Part shown: piece after piece, positions 1-11,214 of the stretch
Layout of the letters: the number at the start of each line of letters is the position of its first letter
Numbering within the stretch: the first letter of the stretch is position 1
Origin: Gnetum montanum
Lineage: Eukaryota > Plantae > Gnetophyta
Assembly: GCA_015680685.1 (NCBI GenBank)
Contig: MNCI01001451.1
Coordinates: forward strand, 362,723-426,722
Direction: 5' to 3'
DNA length: 64,000 nucleotides
Translations under genes and position numbers: made by a program
The notes under the pieces: generated by a model
The model's database searches: none
What the model was told of the DNA's origin: nothing
The model's input: the letters and a program-made list of their open reading frames with translations, nothing else

Positions 1-1873
1 CTGCCACTGCTCCTTGAAGTTACACTTTTTCTAGATTTCCTGAAAGATGAAATTGGTCCTGAAACTATGCGAGAGGAGTCACTGATGGAAATTTCCATGT
101 CATCAGGATCTTACTTTATATCTTCTTTTGTTTCGTGCATCTCCCGAAGACTGACAAGCTAAAAATAAGCACCTTTGGGAATTGCCATTAACTTTTTCAA
201 CTATCAAATTACAAAAACTTTTAACCAGTTTTATCATGCCAACCTGTTCCATGAAATGGCCAAAATGTGCCAACACTATCCTATCAACAACTTGTTAAGT
301 ATAAGGAGAGAAGGAGGTATGTATGCCCTATAAAATTTTTTAAAAAAATGTACTAATCTTTAGAGGATGGTTATTAGGGGTCTTACAATGATGGATTTAA
401 GCATTGGTAATGTGCTTGTGTTCATGATTTGTATGATTTGGTGTTGATCTAGTGATTTATTTATGATTTGATGATTGGTGATGAATTTGAATGTTTTTGT
501 TATGCTCATGTTTATAATTGGTATGATTTGATGATGGTGAAGGCTCTTAAGTATTGTTGATGTGCTTGTGTTGATAATTTGTATGATTTGATGCTAAATT
601 GCCAATCTATCTATAATTTCATAATTGTCATGGATTTGAGTGTTATTGATGTGCTTATGACCTATACAATGAATAACATCTCTCATATGCATTGGTTGAA
701 TGATGTGTTGGAAATTGGTTGAACGATCTATGATTCTTCTTTGTGATTAACTTGACTTGTGCTAATGCATGTTGTATATTATTGTGGATGCATGTACCAT
801 GTACTAGTTGTTGATTTAGCATTTGTTAATGGAATGAATAAAACGAATGTTGAATAGAGATGGAACTAGTATGTTATATGTTTTGTGAGGATGCTACTAT
901 CCTTTGATTATTCATGTATTGTATGACCTATGTGCTTTTTTTTTCTTGTGAAATGGTTAGGCAATTGCATTAAAAAAAGAAAGAAAAGCCATGAAGGCAT
1001 ACAAAAACTAAATTTTAATCCAACAAAATGGGATTAACCCCATAGACATGGGGGGGTATTCCCCCTCCCCTCGAGCTGAGGGAGTAAAAAACCCATAGAA
1101 ACAACAACCTGCAAAAGGAGAAAGAACCCAAACATCGAAAGTAACTTTCCATTCATCCTCCCCACAAAATTGACCAAACCCTGGGCCACATAAGCTAGTA
1201 CATTCAACCCAAAACCTAAAAACCCCATAAGCCTAATAGGACACCCATGATCCATTTTGATGAAGACTATCATGTGGCTAAACATGTGTAGCAGGGGCAA
1301 TTTTCCTGTAACCTTCTATGAAGGGAGTCAAGGATGTCCCTAAACTTTTCTGTAACAATGAAGCTAGCCACTTCCTAGATTTCTTTAAACTTTTGTTCCT
1401 ATATCCTTTGATCAATTATAGACCCAACTTTGTCTAGGTAGAAACTTGCTGAAACCCTCTAAGTATGCTTTTCAAGATTAGACCAAGAGACTTGTTAACT
1501 AATATCCATCACTTCATATGGATAGTGCTTGAAGAAAAACCACCTACAAATACTCATCGAATGAGCATTTAGCTACTGAGTTAGCAACTGCTCTTCCTCC
1601 TACACCGCCCTAGCCCTCATGGCCTCCACTACCTTTTTCCTCTAAGCTCTATCTAGAGCTTCATTATGTAGATCTAAGAGGATCTATGTCTATAGCTCTT
1701 CCTCCAATGCACTACAAAGTGAAGCCTCCTCAACTTCCACCTATGATGCTTCTACACCACTACCTCATGAGCCTATTTCTCCATCTCCTTGAGGCTAGTC
1801 CTCACCGATTTCACCTACTTTGACATCTCCTCCATCCATCGTAGCTATTCCTAAGAGCGTGTCTCTTGAATAG

Positions 1874-2777
1874 TGATAAATCATAGTTGGCTACATCAAT
1901 GAGGCCTCGTCAACTGGGCCCCATTGACTAGGCCTCACTGACGTGGCCCCATTGATGCATTGTTTCATGCATCAACATGGACCCATCAACGTAGAGTTCA
2001 TTTTTTCTTATAAATACATGTTTACCAATTGCATTTATGGCATTAGTCAATCATATTATAACAGAGCTATTGCAATTTTTCCATTTGAAAGTTACAATAT
2101 TTTCGCAAGTGCCTATAGTAGGAGTCGTTGAGTGTACGAATCTTTATTTGAGCACTGTTATACCTAAGCACAATAGTGTGTGTGGCAATAAAGATGAACT
2201 TCTTGATAAACCTTGTAGCATTTTGGATAGTTTAAATGTTTTGTTTATGCATTTAATATTCTTAGTTATTTATTCAATGTTTTCTAGTAATTAAGCTAAT
2301 TAGGTAATTAAGCAAGATAAGCTAGATAGATTAATTTACATAAGTACAACCACTTCAAGAGTAACATGCATTTGCTTGGTAATCCCAGCAACATTATTGC
2401 TTGGTGCACCCAGTGGCATAGCACTTATGTGGGTTCAAGACATGTACAAAAAGTCGAACCAAATGCTTATGTTAGGACTAGCTAGAGATCAGTTAGTTAG
2501 TTAAATCAAATTAGTCATTAAACTACTTTATCTCTCTTTTTAAGCACTAAAGAACCTAAAACATAAAATAATAAAAATCATATGCCTCGATTATACTTAA
2601 CCATACCTTTGAGCTTCACAAGTGTAATTGGGAAGATAATAAATGACCTTAGGACAAGATTCACTTCTTAGAATACTAGTGCACTGGAAACTATAAAGTC
2701 CACGAATTTCAATTGGATTGCACGTGAACACTTTGTGATTAAAATGGTTGGGTGTAGGGGTACCTCACTACTCATCA
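1874..2777 (+). repeat. 5' LTR of the Athila-like element
   Basis: Aligns by eye along its length with 14251-15130 (e.g. aataaagatgaacttcttgataaaccttg; ggttgggtgtaggggtacct..ctcatca). TATA-like ttataaata near 2008. Confidence 0.9.
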
Positions 2778-2928
2778 TTAGCACTATTTCTGAGGACTTT
2801 GTTTGTTGAAACATGCACTATCTAGGTTTAGTAAACATTATTAATCTCATTGGACAAACCCAAGATCAACATCACTCTCAAACAACATATAATTACAAAA
2901 GCACACTAATTATTTTATTTGTTGCAAA

Positions 2929-5900
2929 ATGTCTTCTTCCCACAAGCATGAAGATGTCAAACCATCAGTTCCACAAGAGTGTAAAGTGGTATATACTCAT
3001 CTAGATGAGTATGTACTGAACTTCACCTTCATCCTACATTAGGATCAATAATTGCAATGGTGTGATATGGAGGGTAACATCGTATTGCCCCTTAATTGAT
3101 CTATGCTAGGAATGCTATTTCAAACTCTTAAGAGGTTGGGCATTTTAGATCTTCATGAGGAATACATTGTGAATGGTTATGACACTCAATACTACCATCC
3201 CATTGAAACACAATGTAGGAGAGATCAACACCAAGAGAAGCACCACGAGTTTACAAAGGGAAAACACTTAACTAACTCTGTGTTCCTACTAAACCAAGAT
3301 GACAATGTGGATCCTTCCCCTAAGGGTTCCCAACATGAGGATTCTCCACCCTCTATTATTGGTGATGAGGGTGTGGCCTTGAACTTGTGATCCACTATTC
3401 ATAAACCAAGTTCAAGAAAAAATGATAATTAAGGTAGGGACTCGAGTAAACATCATGATGGCAAGGGATCTAAGGATGGTGATCGTAATGAGTGAAGAGG
3501 TGATAGGGGATACCACAGTGGTTGTGGTGGTCATCATCCTCTTCATCTGATTCTGAACATTCCTCTTCATTTGCTAGTTCTCATAAAAGTCATTGCCATA
3601 GAAATAATAATGATGAAGGTAATCAACAAGACAACAATGACTGTAGAACCCACCAAGAACGTCAAGGTAATAGAGAACATCATTGGAGATAATGCAATGA
3701 TGATGATGATGAGCCTTTCTTGGCAACTTGAAGCATGCTTAACATTGCAAAGGTAGTAAATATCCCAACTAGGCATGTGAAGGATAAGCAGATCAAGCGC
3801 TTAGATATAAAAAATATTCCAAGATTTGAGGGGGAATACAATTCTAATTTGCAAACACATCTACAATCTTTCCAAGATGCTTATGCCTTATAAAACATTG
3901 AAAATGATTGGCAAAAACTCAAGCCCTTCCCCAAGACATTTATCAAGGAAGATGAAAGCTATTACTGATCCTTAGAGCCAAAATCTATCTACAAATGAAG
4001 TATAATGTAAGCTATTTAAAAATAAATACCAAACATACTCCACAGTGTCCAACCTAAGAAGGCAAATCCAAGGCTGGAAATAGAGAACACATGAACCCAT
4101 GGATACCACCATGGCTAGATATTATTCTTTCTTACACTGATGCCTTAGCCATGGATATTCTCAAAGGGAACAACTCTACCACATCATTAGTGGGTTCAAA
4201 GCAGAAACAAGAAGAACTCGTGGGGTTTATGCCCAAGGGAGACTCTCTAAATTAAGAGCTCATTATATCCAAAGGCTTATAGAGCAAGTAGCAAAAGAAG
4301 TAGGTGACTTGCAAAAAAGGAAAAGTGCAAAAGAGTATAATAGGAACCCTTCCATAAGAAAAAGGGAGGTTTGATTCTATGACTATGAGGATGCACCACT
4401 TGACGAGGTGGTGAAAAAAACCTTATCTATACAAAAACCTATTTATGATATTTTGGAAAAGGCTAACAAATTATGGGACTCTTTAGATGAGAAATTCCAA
4501 ACTATTATGAAAATTGCAGAAGCATATAAAGAATAGAATAGTAATCATGAACGTAGGAGATGAAAAGAAGATGAACATACTTACTAGAGAGGTAAGGGCA
4601 AGGCTGCTACAATATAGGAACTTGTGGAAATCAACTCTAATGATGATACTAGTTGTGAGATTTGCCAATTTGAACATCTAAAGGGGTATTACCCTATGAT
4701 GTCACACTTACAAGAGTCTGGGGTGTATGCATTAAATCCTTGACCAGCACATAGGCAAACACCCAAATGATTGCCTTATCCTCAAGGCAATCCAAAGTAG
4801 TTCCACTAGCAACAGCAAGCTTATTACCCAAGTGAAGCTCCATCATAACCATATGAGCAATACCTACAATGGCATCAACCACAATTGTGGGAAATGCCAT
4901 CACTAAGGCAGTAGTTTTCTTATAAGCAATAAGATCCATATGAGTACTATGTTCAGCAATCCATTTCTCCATGAAGTTCTACAAGCCACACCTCATTCTA
5001 GCATCATTATTACCCTCTAGAGTACCATCAAACTCATTCACCATCTACTCAAGAAAAACACCCATACCCATACCACCCTTTGCATCCATCTACATATATC
5101 CCTCTACCCTCTAACTAGTTACCTCCTACTTCGTCCATGTAGGGTGAAATTCCCTCATAGCTACAACAAAAAAATGCTACAAGGGTTGTAAATTTACAAT
5201 CATCCTTCCAGCCACATGGGTCAAACAATTGATCTAAGAAATGACCATTTTTTGAACCCAACAGTCCTTCCAAACCCTCACAACCTAATGTGGCTATTCG
5301 CCCTACATCTCCAACACCCTCATCCTCTACATCAAATACATTCAAGAGCCCTTCAAAGCAAACACCACCTCAGATCTACATTGTGATGCTAACTCATGTT
5401 GTTTCCAATTGGATTAAGCCTAGAAACCTTCCCATGAAAAGATGTGACCTAAGGAGTCCTCTCATTTACTTGCAAATCACTAGACATTAGCCATGCAAGG
5501 CTCTTCTTGATTCTGGTTCTAGAGTTAATCTCATCTCCTATGACATGTACAAGGCCTAGAACCTACCACCTCTCAAGAAGAGAAACATCCATTTAAAATT
5601 AGTAGACCAATCAATCATTGTTCCTTTGGGGTTAGTGGAAGACATTGTGACCACAGTTAGTGGGTGGTCCTATCCTACTAATTTTCTAGTGATCAAGATT
5701 GAGAATTGCAAAGGTGACTTCCCCATCATTATGAAAAGGGCATGGTTGAGCACAATAGATGTGCATATGGGTATAAGGGACCTCTCTTTGGAAATCTCCA
5801 AGAAAAATGAATTAGACATTTAAAGAAGAATTTTGTTCCATGTATCATGTATAGTAATAATGGGTGCAATTCCATGCAAAAGATCTAGTCCATCAAAGGT

Positions 5901-8900
5901 ACATTCATTAAAGCATGTAGTTGGTGTGCACATGAACAAGATATCCAAAGGTGTCTGTATGCAACAGCCACAAAATAGGAGGCCACCTAGTGGCTGACAA
6001 CTAACTCTGATGGTAGCATACTTTGCATAGAACCAATTGAGAGCCTGACATATGCTTATGTCGAAGGCATGGATGAAATTGAGCAAGTTTATCACCAACT
6101 ATCTAATGATTAAGACAATGATACCTATTGGGAAGTGTTGGAAATCCCTAATAAATTCAAGCAAGAGCCCCTAAAGTTGAAAACTCTACTAGCTGACATG
6201 GAGTAGGAATTTTTAAACAATGGAAATCCAATCATAATTAATGCCCAACTTGCTCCTGAACAAAAATAAAAGCTATTATAGGTGATTAACAACTAGCCAA
6301 TAGCCTTTGCTTGGGCATATCCTGAGCTAACTAGCATCGATCCAAGGATATGCTAGCATCACATTTACACCGACCCAACCATGACGCCAAGAAGGCAACT
6401 ATAGAGGTAGCTGAATCCCAAATTGAAGTAAATCGTAAGGAGAAAATAGAACAACTCCTTAAGGTGGGTTTTATCTACTCTAGTGCAGATAGTAAGTGGG
6501 TTAGCCCACTCATAATTATGCCAAAGAAAGGTGGTGAGTGGCACATCTGCATTAATTATAGACTATTGAATATGGCAACATTTAAAGGACATTTTCCATT
6601 GCCATTTATGGACCAAGTGTTGGATACTATTTCCAAGCATTGCTATTATAATTTCTTGGATGGTTATAGTGGCTATAACCAAATCCAAATTATGCTAGAA
6701 GATCAGGCCAAGACAACATTCATGAGTTCCTAGGGGACTTTTGCATACTGCAAGATGCCATTTGATCTATGCAATGCCCTTGCAACATTTCAACACATGA
6801 TCCTTAGTATTTTTCAACAACAAATTGGTAGTTGGGTAGAAGTCTTTATGGATGACTTCTCTACCTATGGGGCTACGTTTGAGCAAGCCCTGGATTGCCT
6901 TGAGCAAGTTCTAAAAAGATGTATTAAAACAAATCCTAGGCTCAATTGGCAAAAAAGCCATTTAATGATCTAGAAAGGCATAGTACTAGGGCATAGGATT
7001 TCATAAAAAGGGATTGAGATAGACCTTGAAAAGATAAGAGTCATCTAAGAAATAACCCATCAACTAGAAACTATCAAAAATGTTTGGTCATTCCTTGGAC
7101 ATACTGGCTACTACCAACGATTTATAGAGAATTTTTATAAGATTGAAAAGCTATTGATCAAGCTTACTAAGAAAGATGCTCCATTCATTTGGACCAAGGA
7201 ATGTGAACATGTATTCCAACAACTAAAAGACAAACTCATAAAAACTCCAATTCTATGGGCACCAAACTGGTCTAGACCATTCCACATAATGATAGATGCC
7301 TCTAATTATACTTTGGAAGCCATGCTTATGCAATTGGACAATAAGAAGCATCCATATTACATCCACTACATGAGCCAAAGCATTATGGGCACATAGTTAA
7401 ATTACACCATAACTGAAAAATAATTAATAGCAGTGGTGTATGCTCTTAAAAAGTTTAGGCACTATGTGCTTAGTTATAAGGTATTTGTGCACACAGATCA
7501 TAGTGCCTTCTATTTTCTAATGAACAAGTTAATGGTGAGCCCCCATATGATATGGTGGCTCATAATCTTGTAGAAATTCGATCTCACGATGGTAGATTAG
7601 AAAGGGACTGAGAACGTAATCATTGACCACCTCTCTCTACTAAGATGGGATAATAAAGAGGAGGAGAGTCTGCTATCTGATCAATTTCTAGATGAAATTC
7701 TCTTTACAAGACCAATAAATGACCAAGTTCTCATAGAACCAACATGGTACAATGGTATCCTCACCTATCTTCTCACTCAGGAGATTCCACAAGATCTTAA
7801 CTTTAGAAAGAAACAATAGTTTCTTCATCGGGCCAAATGCTTCATGAAAATCAATGGACACCTATACAAGGTATCTACCAACAACCTAGTTCATTGGTGT
7901 GTCCTTGATATGGATCAACTACACATTCTCCAGGATGCTCATGAAGGCCCCTATGGAGGCCACTATGCAAGGAGATGCACAGCCATAAAAATCCTAATGG
8001 CAAGGTACTATTGGCCTATAATCTTTAAGGATGCCCACCAATTTTTCTGATCTTATGAGTGATTTCAACAAGATGGTGGGATGATCACTTGAATGAAGGA
8101 TCCTCAATAGTGAATTTAACCACTTGAGCCCTTTGACATATGGGGCATTGACTTCATGGGCCCCATTACATCCATGTTCAATGAAAAGATGTATATCATT
8201 GTAGCAATCGACTACTGCATAAAATGGGCATAAGTAGCAGTCATCACCAATTGTACATCATCCACTGCTACTAGATTTGTACAACAACATGTTGTAAATA
8301 GGTTTGAGGTGCCACATGTACTAATGTTTGATAATGGAACTCACTTTATAGGTTCCACTTTTTAAAAACTATGTAATGCTTGGGGGTTGAACATAAATTA
8401 ACAACACCCTATCACCCCCCAAGCCAATGGTCAAGTAGAGGTAACTAATAGGGAGATCACAAAGATCCTAACAAGGACCATCAGTAAATATAGGAGAGAT
8501 TGGAGCACAAAACTTAACAATGTCCTTTGGGTCTATTGCTTAACATGAAAACTTCCTATTAGCTACTCCCCCTACGAGCTAGTGTATAGAAAACTTTCAA
8601 CGCTCTCAATTTAATCCAAGCTCCGTACACTCTTAATAGCCTACGATCTGAATCTTAAAATAAGTCTAACACCAAAAAAAAGACTAATTAATCTCAACAT
8701 GCTAGATGAAAACCAATTAGTGGCCCTATCTTTAAATGAGGTGCACAAGGCATTTAACAAGCAACATCATAACCTCAAAATATGGAAAGTGCAATTTCAA
8801 CTAGGAGATAAAGTTCTCTACTGGAACCCCAAACATGTACCCCAGAAGACAAAGTTCCAAACATTATGGGAAGGACCTTATATATTTGATCAAATTTTTC

Positions 8901-9070
8901 CCTTTGGGGCCATGTTAATCTACAAGCCTAAGAGCCCAAATAAAAAGCAATTGGTCATCATCCAACAAGTAAAACCTTTCCCTCTGGGGCCATGTTAATC
9001 TACAAGCCTAAGAGCCCAAATAAAAAGCAATTGGTCAACATCCAACAAGTAAAACCTTTCCTAGAACCAA
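2929..9070 (+). pseudogene. Degenerate gag-pol (gag, aspartic protease, RT, RNase H, integrase)
   Basis: Protease ALLDSGSRVNLI (~5500); RT WVSPLIIMPKKGGEWHICINYR, FLDGYSGYNQI and VFMDDFS (~6842); RNase H IDASNY (~7291); integrase zinc finger AHEGPYGGHY, core WGIDFMGP (~8141), TPYHPQANGQVE and the GPY/F motif WEGPY (~8867). Many stops and frameshifts. Confidence 0.95.
8901..9060 (+). repeat. 80-bp near-perfect tandem duplication at the integrase C-terminus
   Basis: 8901-8980 and 8981-9060 differ at only about 2 positions. Confidence 0.95.
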
Positions 9071-10699
9071 GACAAGTTAGTGCAACTACCACCTCAATGT
9101 ATGGACAACCACGTTCAATTTTTCAGATCTTCTTCTTCCAACTCAATCATGGGGGAGACGGCCATCTGTGTTTATCATCCATATGGCTCCTTAATTTTTC
9201 ACATTTTTTTTTACACATTTTTGTTTTATACTTTGTTGATTTTTACCTTTTTCTTTGGCTTTTGGTTCTATTGGTTTTCTCAATTTTTTGTTTTACAACA
9301 TCATTAGTATGTTTTATTTTTCTTGAATATTTTATACTTTTTTCTACATTTTAGTTTATTGTGTACTGTTAATCGCTTTTGCTAATAAAAGTGATTTATT
9401 ACCATAGGACATAGTGCCACTATTGCTATTTACTAATGATGGTTTGTGCTTAATGTTGTGATTGTCAATGTCTGGTTTCTATTTTTGAATTCTAATGTTT
9501 GATAACTTTGACATGGTTTATTTTTTATGGAACATGTAGTAAGTCCACAACATCTACTCATTCACAAACTCTATGGTTTTCCTTGTTTTGGAAATTTTAG
9601 ATCCCTTCCATTAAAGAAACTTTTAATAAATTGGTGACCTTGGTAGTTCCTAGAATTGGAAAGGATTCAAAGGTTTGTGTAGGGTGTGACTTCAAGGGAA
9701 CTTAATACTCTTTGTACTCTTCTGCTTACTCAGGTGCTTAAGTGTTTTCATTAACTACTTACCATTCCATGTTCCAATAATGGAAAGTCAAATAAAATAT
9801 TTGCATGATGTGGATCTCATCAAAGAGAAAAATAAAAAAAAACACATGATGGGAATTCAAAGCACATCCCTTAGACAAATAAACAAGCTATAAGCACTAG
9901 ATATGGGACTAGAAAGACATGTTACCCATGCCTAAAGGTCCCCTTTAACTCAGGCCCTATCACTTTCCACTTCTCTTTTCTTCTCTTTGTGAATGGTGGT
10001 TGTTTGTGGGAGCACTCTCATGTCTCGAGGAGATGGATCGATATTGGAGTGACGATGTGAAGTTACTGAAAGAAGTTGGTTTTGGTCTAGACTAAGGATG
10101 GATCTTCTCAAGTCATTTTCAACACAAACTCCACAAGAGACTTCTTATGACCTCAATTTTGGATTCCATCCCACCTTCTTAGTCATCCATCTATGCTACC
10201 ATAACTCACCTCACTACCAATTTCTATGTCATGCTCGATTTCTTAATTTAACATGTTGGAATTTTTATATAGATTCTCTCTAGTTAGTCCTTAACTTTTC
10301 ATGACCATTAATTGACTATGGAGCCCATGGACTCCTTAGTTAAGGTTATGCAAGGATAAAAAGGACATGTGCCTACTATTGGGAGGACCCATTTGCATAT
10401 CCTTTGGCTTGGTTAGTTAAGTTCCTTACTTTAGACATTGTTCCAATCCTATCTTTTGCATATTCCATTATGTATTCCATAAAGTTCTCCTTAGACTCCC
10501 ATAATATTCATTCTCTAGACTATTTTTTCAACTTTCTCAATTTTTTATTTTTTATTTTTTTTGAACTCCAATACCCTCTTCTACTATTTTCATCATGTTC
10601 ATGGCTTTTTGATCTTCCATTTAATCCTAATTTTACTCGAAAACTCCTTGTATTTTGGAATTTTGACTAAAGTCAATGGAATTCTATAGTGATCAATAA

Positions 10700-11214
10700 C
10701 TACATCGACTAGGCCTAACTAACTCAATGGGCCTTATCAATGAGGCCTCATCGATGCATGCCAAAAATCCTATAAATACCACCACATACTTTGAAATTTT
10801 TTGTTATTTGCCTCATAACATGGGGGAAGTTTTGCCATTTTTCGAAGCCCATAACTTTCTAATCGTTAATCCAAATCACTTCGTTCTTTGATTTTGTAGC
10901 TATCAAAGGTAAGCTCTTCATCATGGGGGCCAAAAACCTTAAGGTTTTTGATGAAATTTTTTGAAAATTTTTTTAACTCCCCCAAAGGGTTAATGAATAC
11001 AATGATATGAAACCATCAAATTTGAGAGTTAACCGTTCCAACACCCTCTAGAATGACTTGTTAACATTAAAAAATAAATAAAATAATGATTAAAATTGAT
11101 TAAATCAATCATAATAACAACTTAGCCAAGTGTAACTATCCTAAGAAGATAAGGTATCCCAATTATTTCATGTTACATAACAATTGCTAACCTATGGTCA
11201 TGTTGTTATTACAG
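10700..11214 (+). promoter_or_regulatory. Putative internal promoter and 5'UTR intron for the env-like ORF
   Basis: LTR-U3-like motif cluster at 10700-10760; TATAAATA at 10771-10778; donor AAG|GTAAGC at 10909; branch-like GCTAAC at ~11186-11191; acceptor TTACAG ending at 11214 directly before the ATG at 11215. Confidence 0.55.

Noticed and set aside
1-158. Exon-like minus-strand frame LVSLREMHETKEDIK*DPDDMEISISDSSRIVSG after a ttttag acceptor
   Set aside because: In-frame stop at 111-113, cut by the window edge, and no recognisable family.
1034-1873. Pro/Ser-rich coding-like sequence that seems to continue at 15131-15800 across the Gypsy insertion
   Set aside because: Probably an older TE fragment, but there is no diagnostic motif to classify it.
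9080-10670. Hydrophobic Phe/Leu-rich ORFs resembling membrane proteins (also 16874-17104)
   Set aside because: Artefacts of T-rich non-coding sequence.
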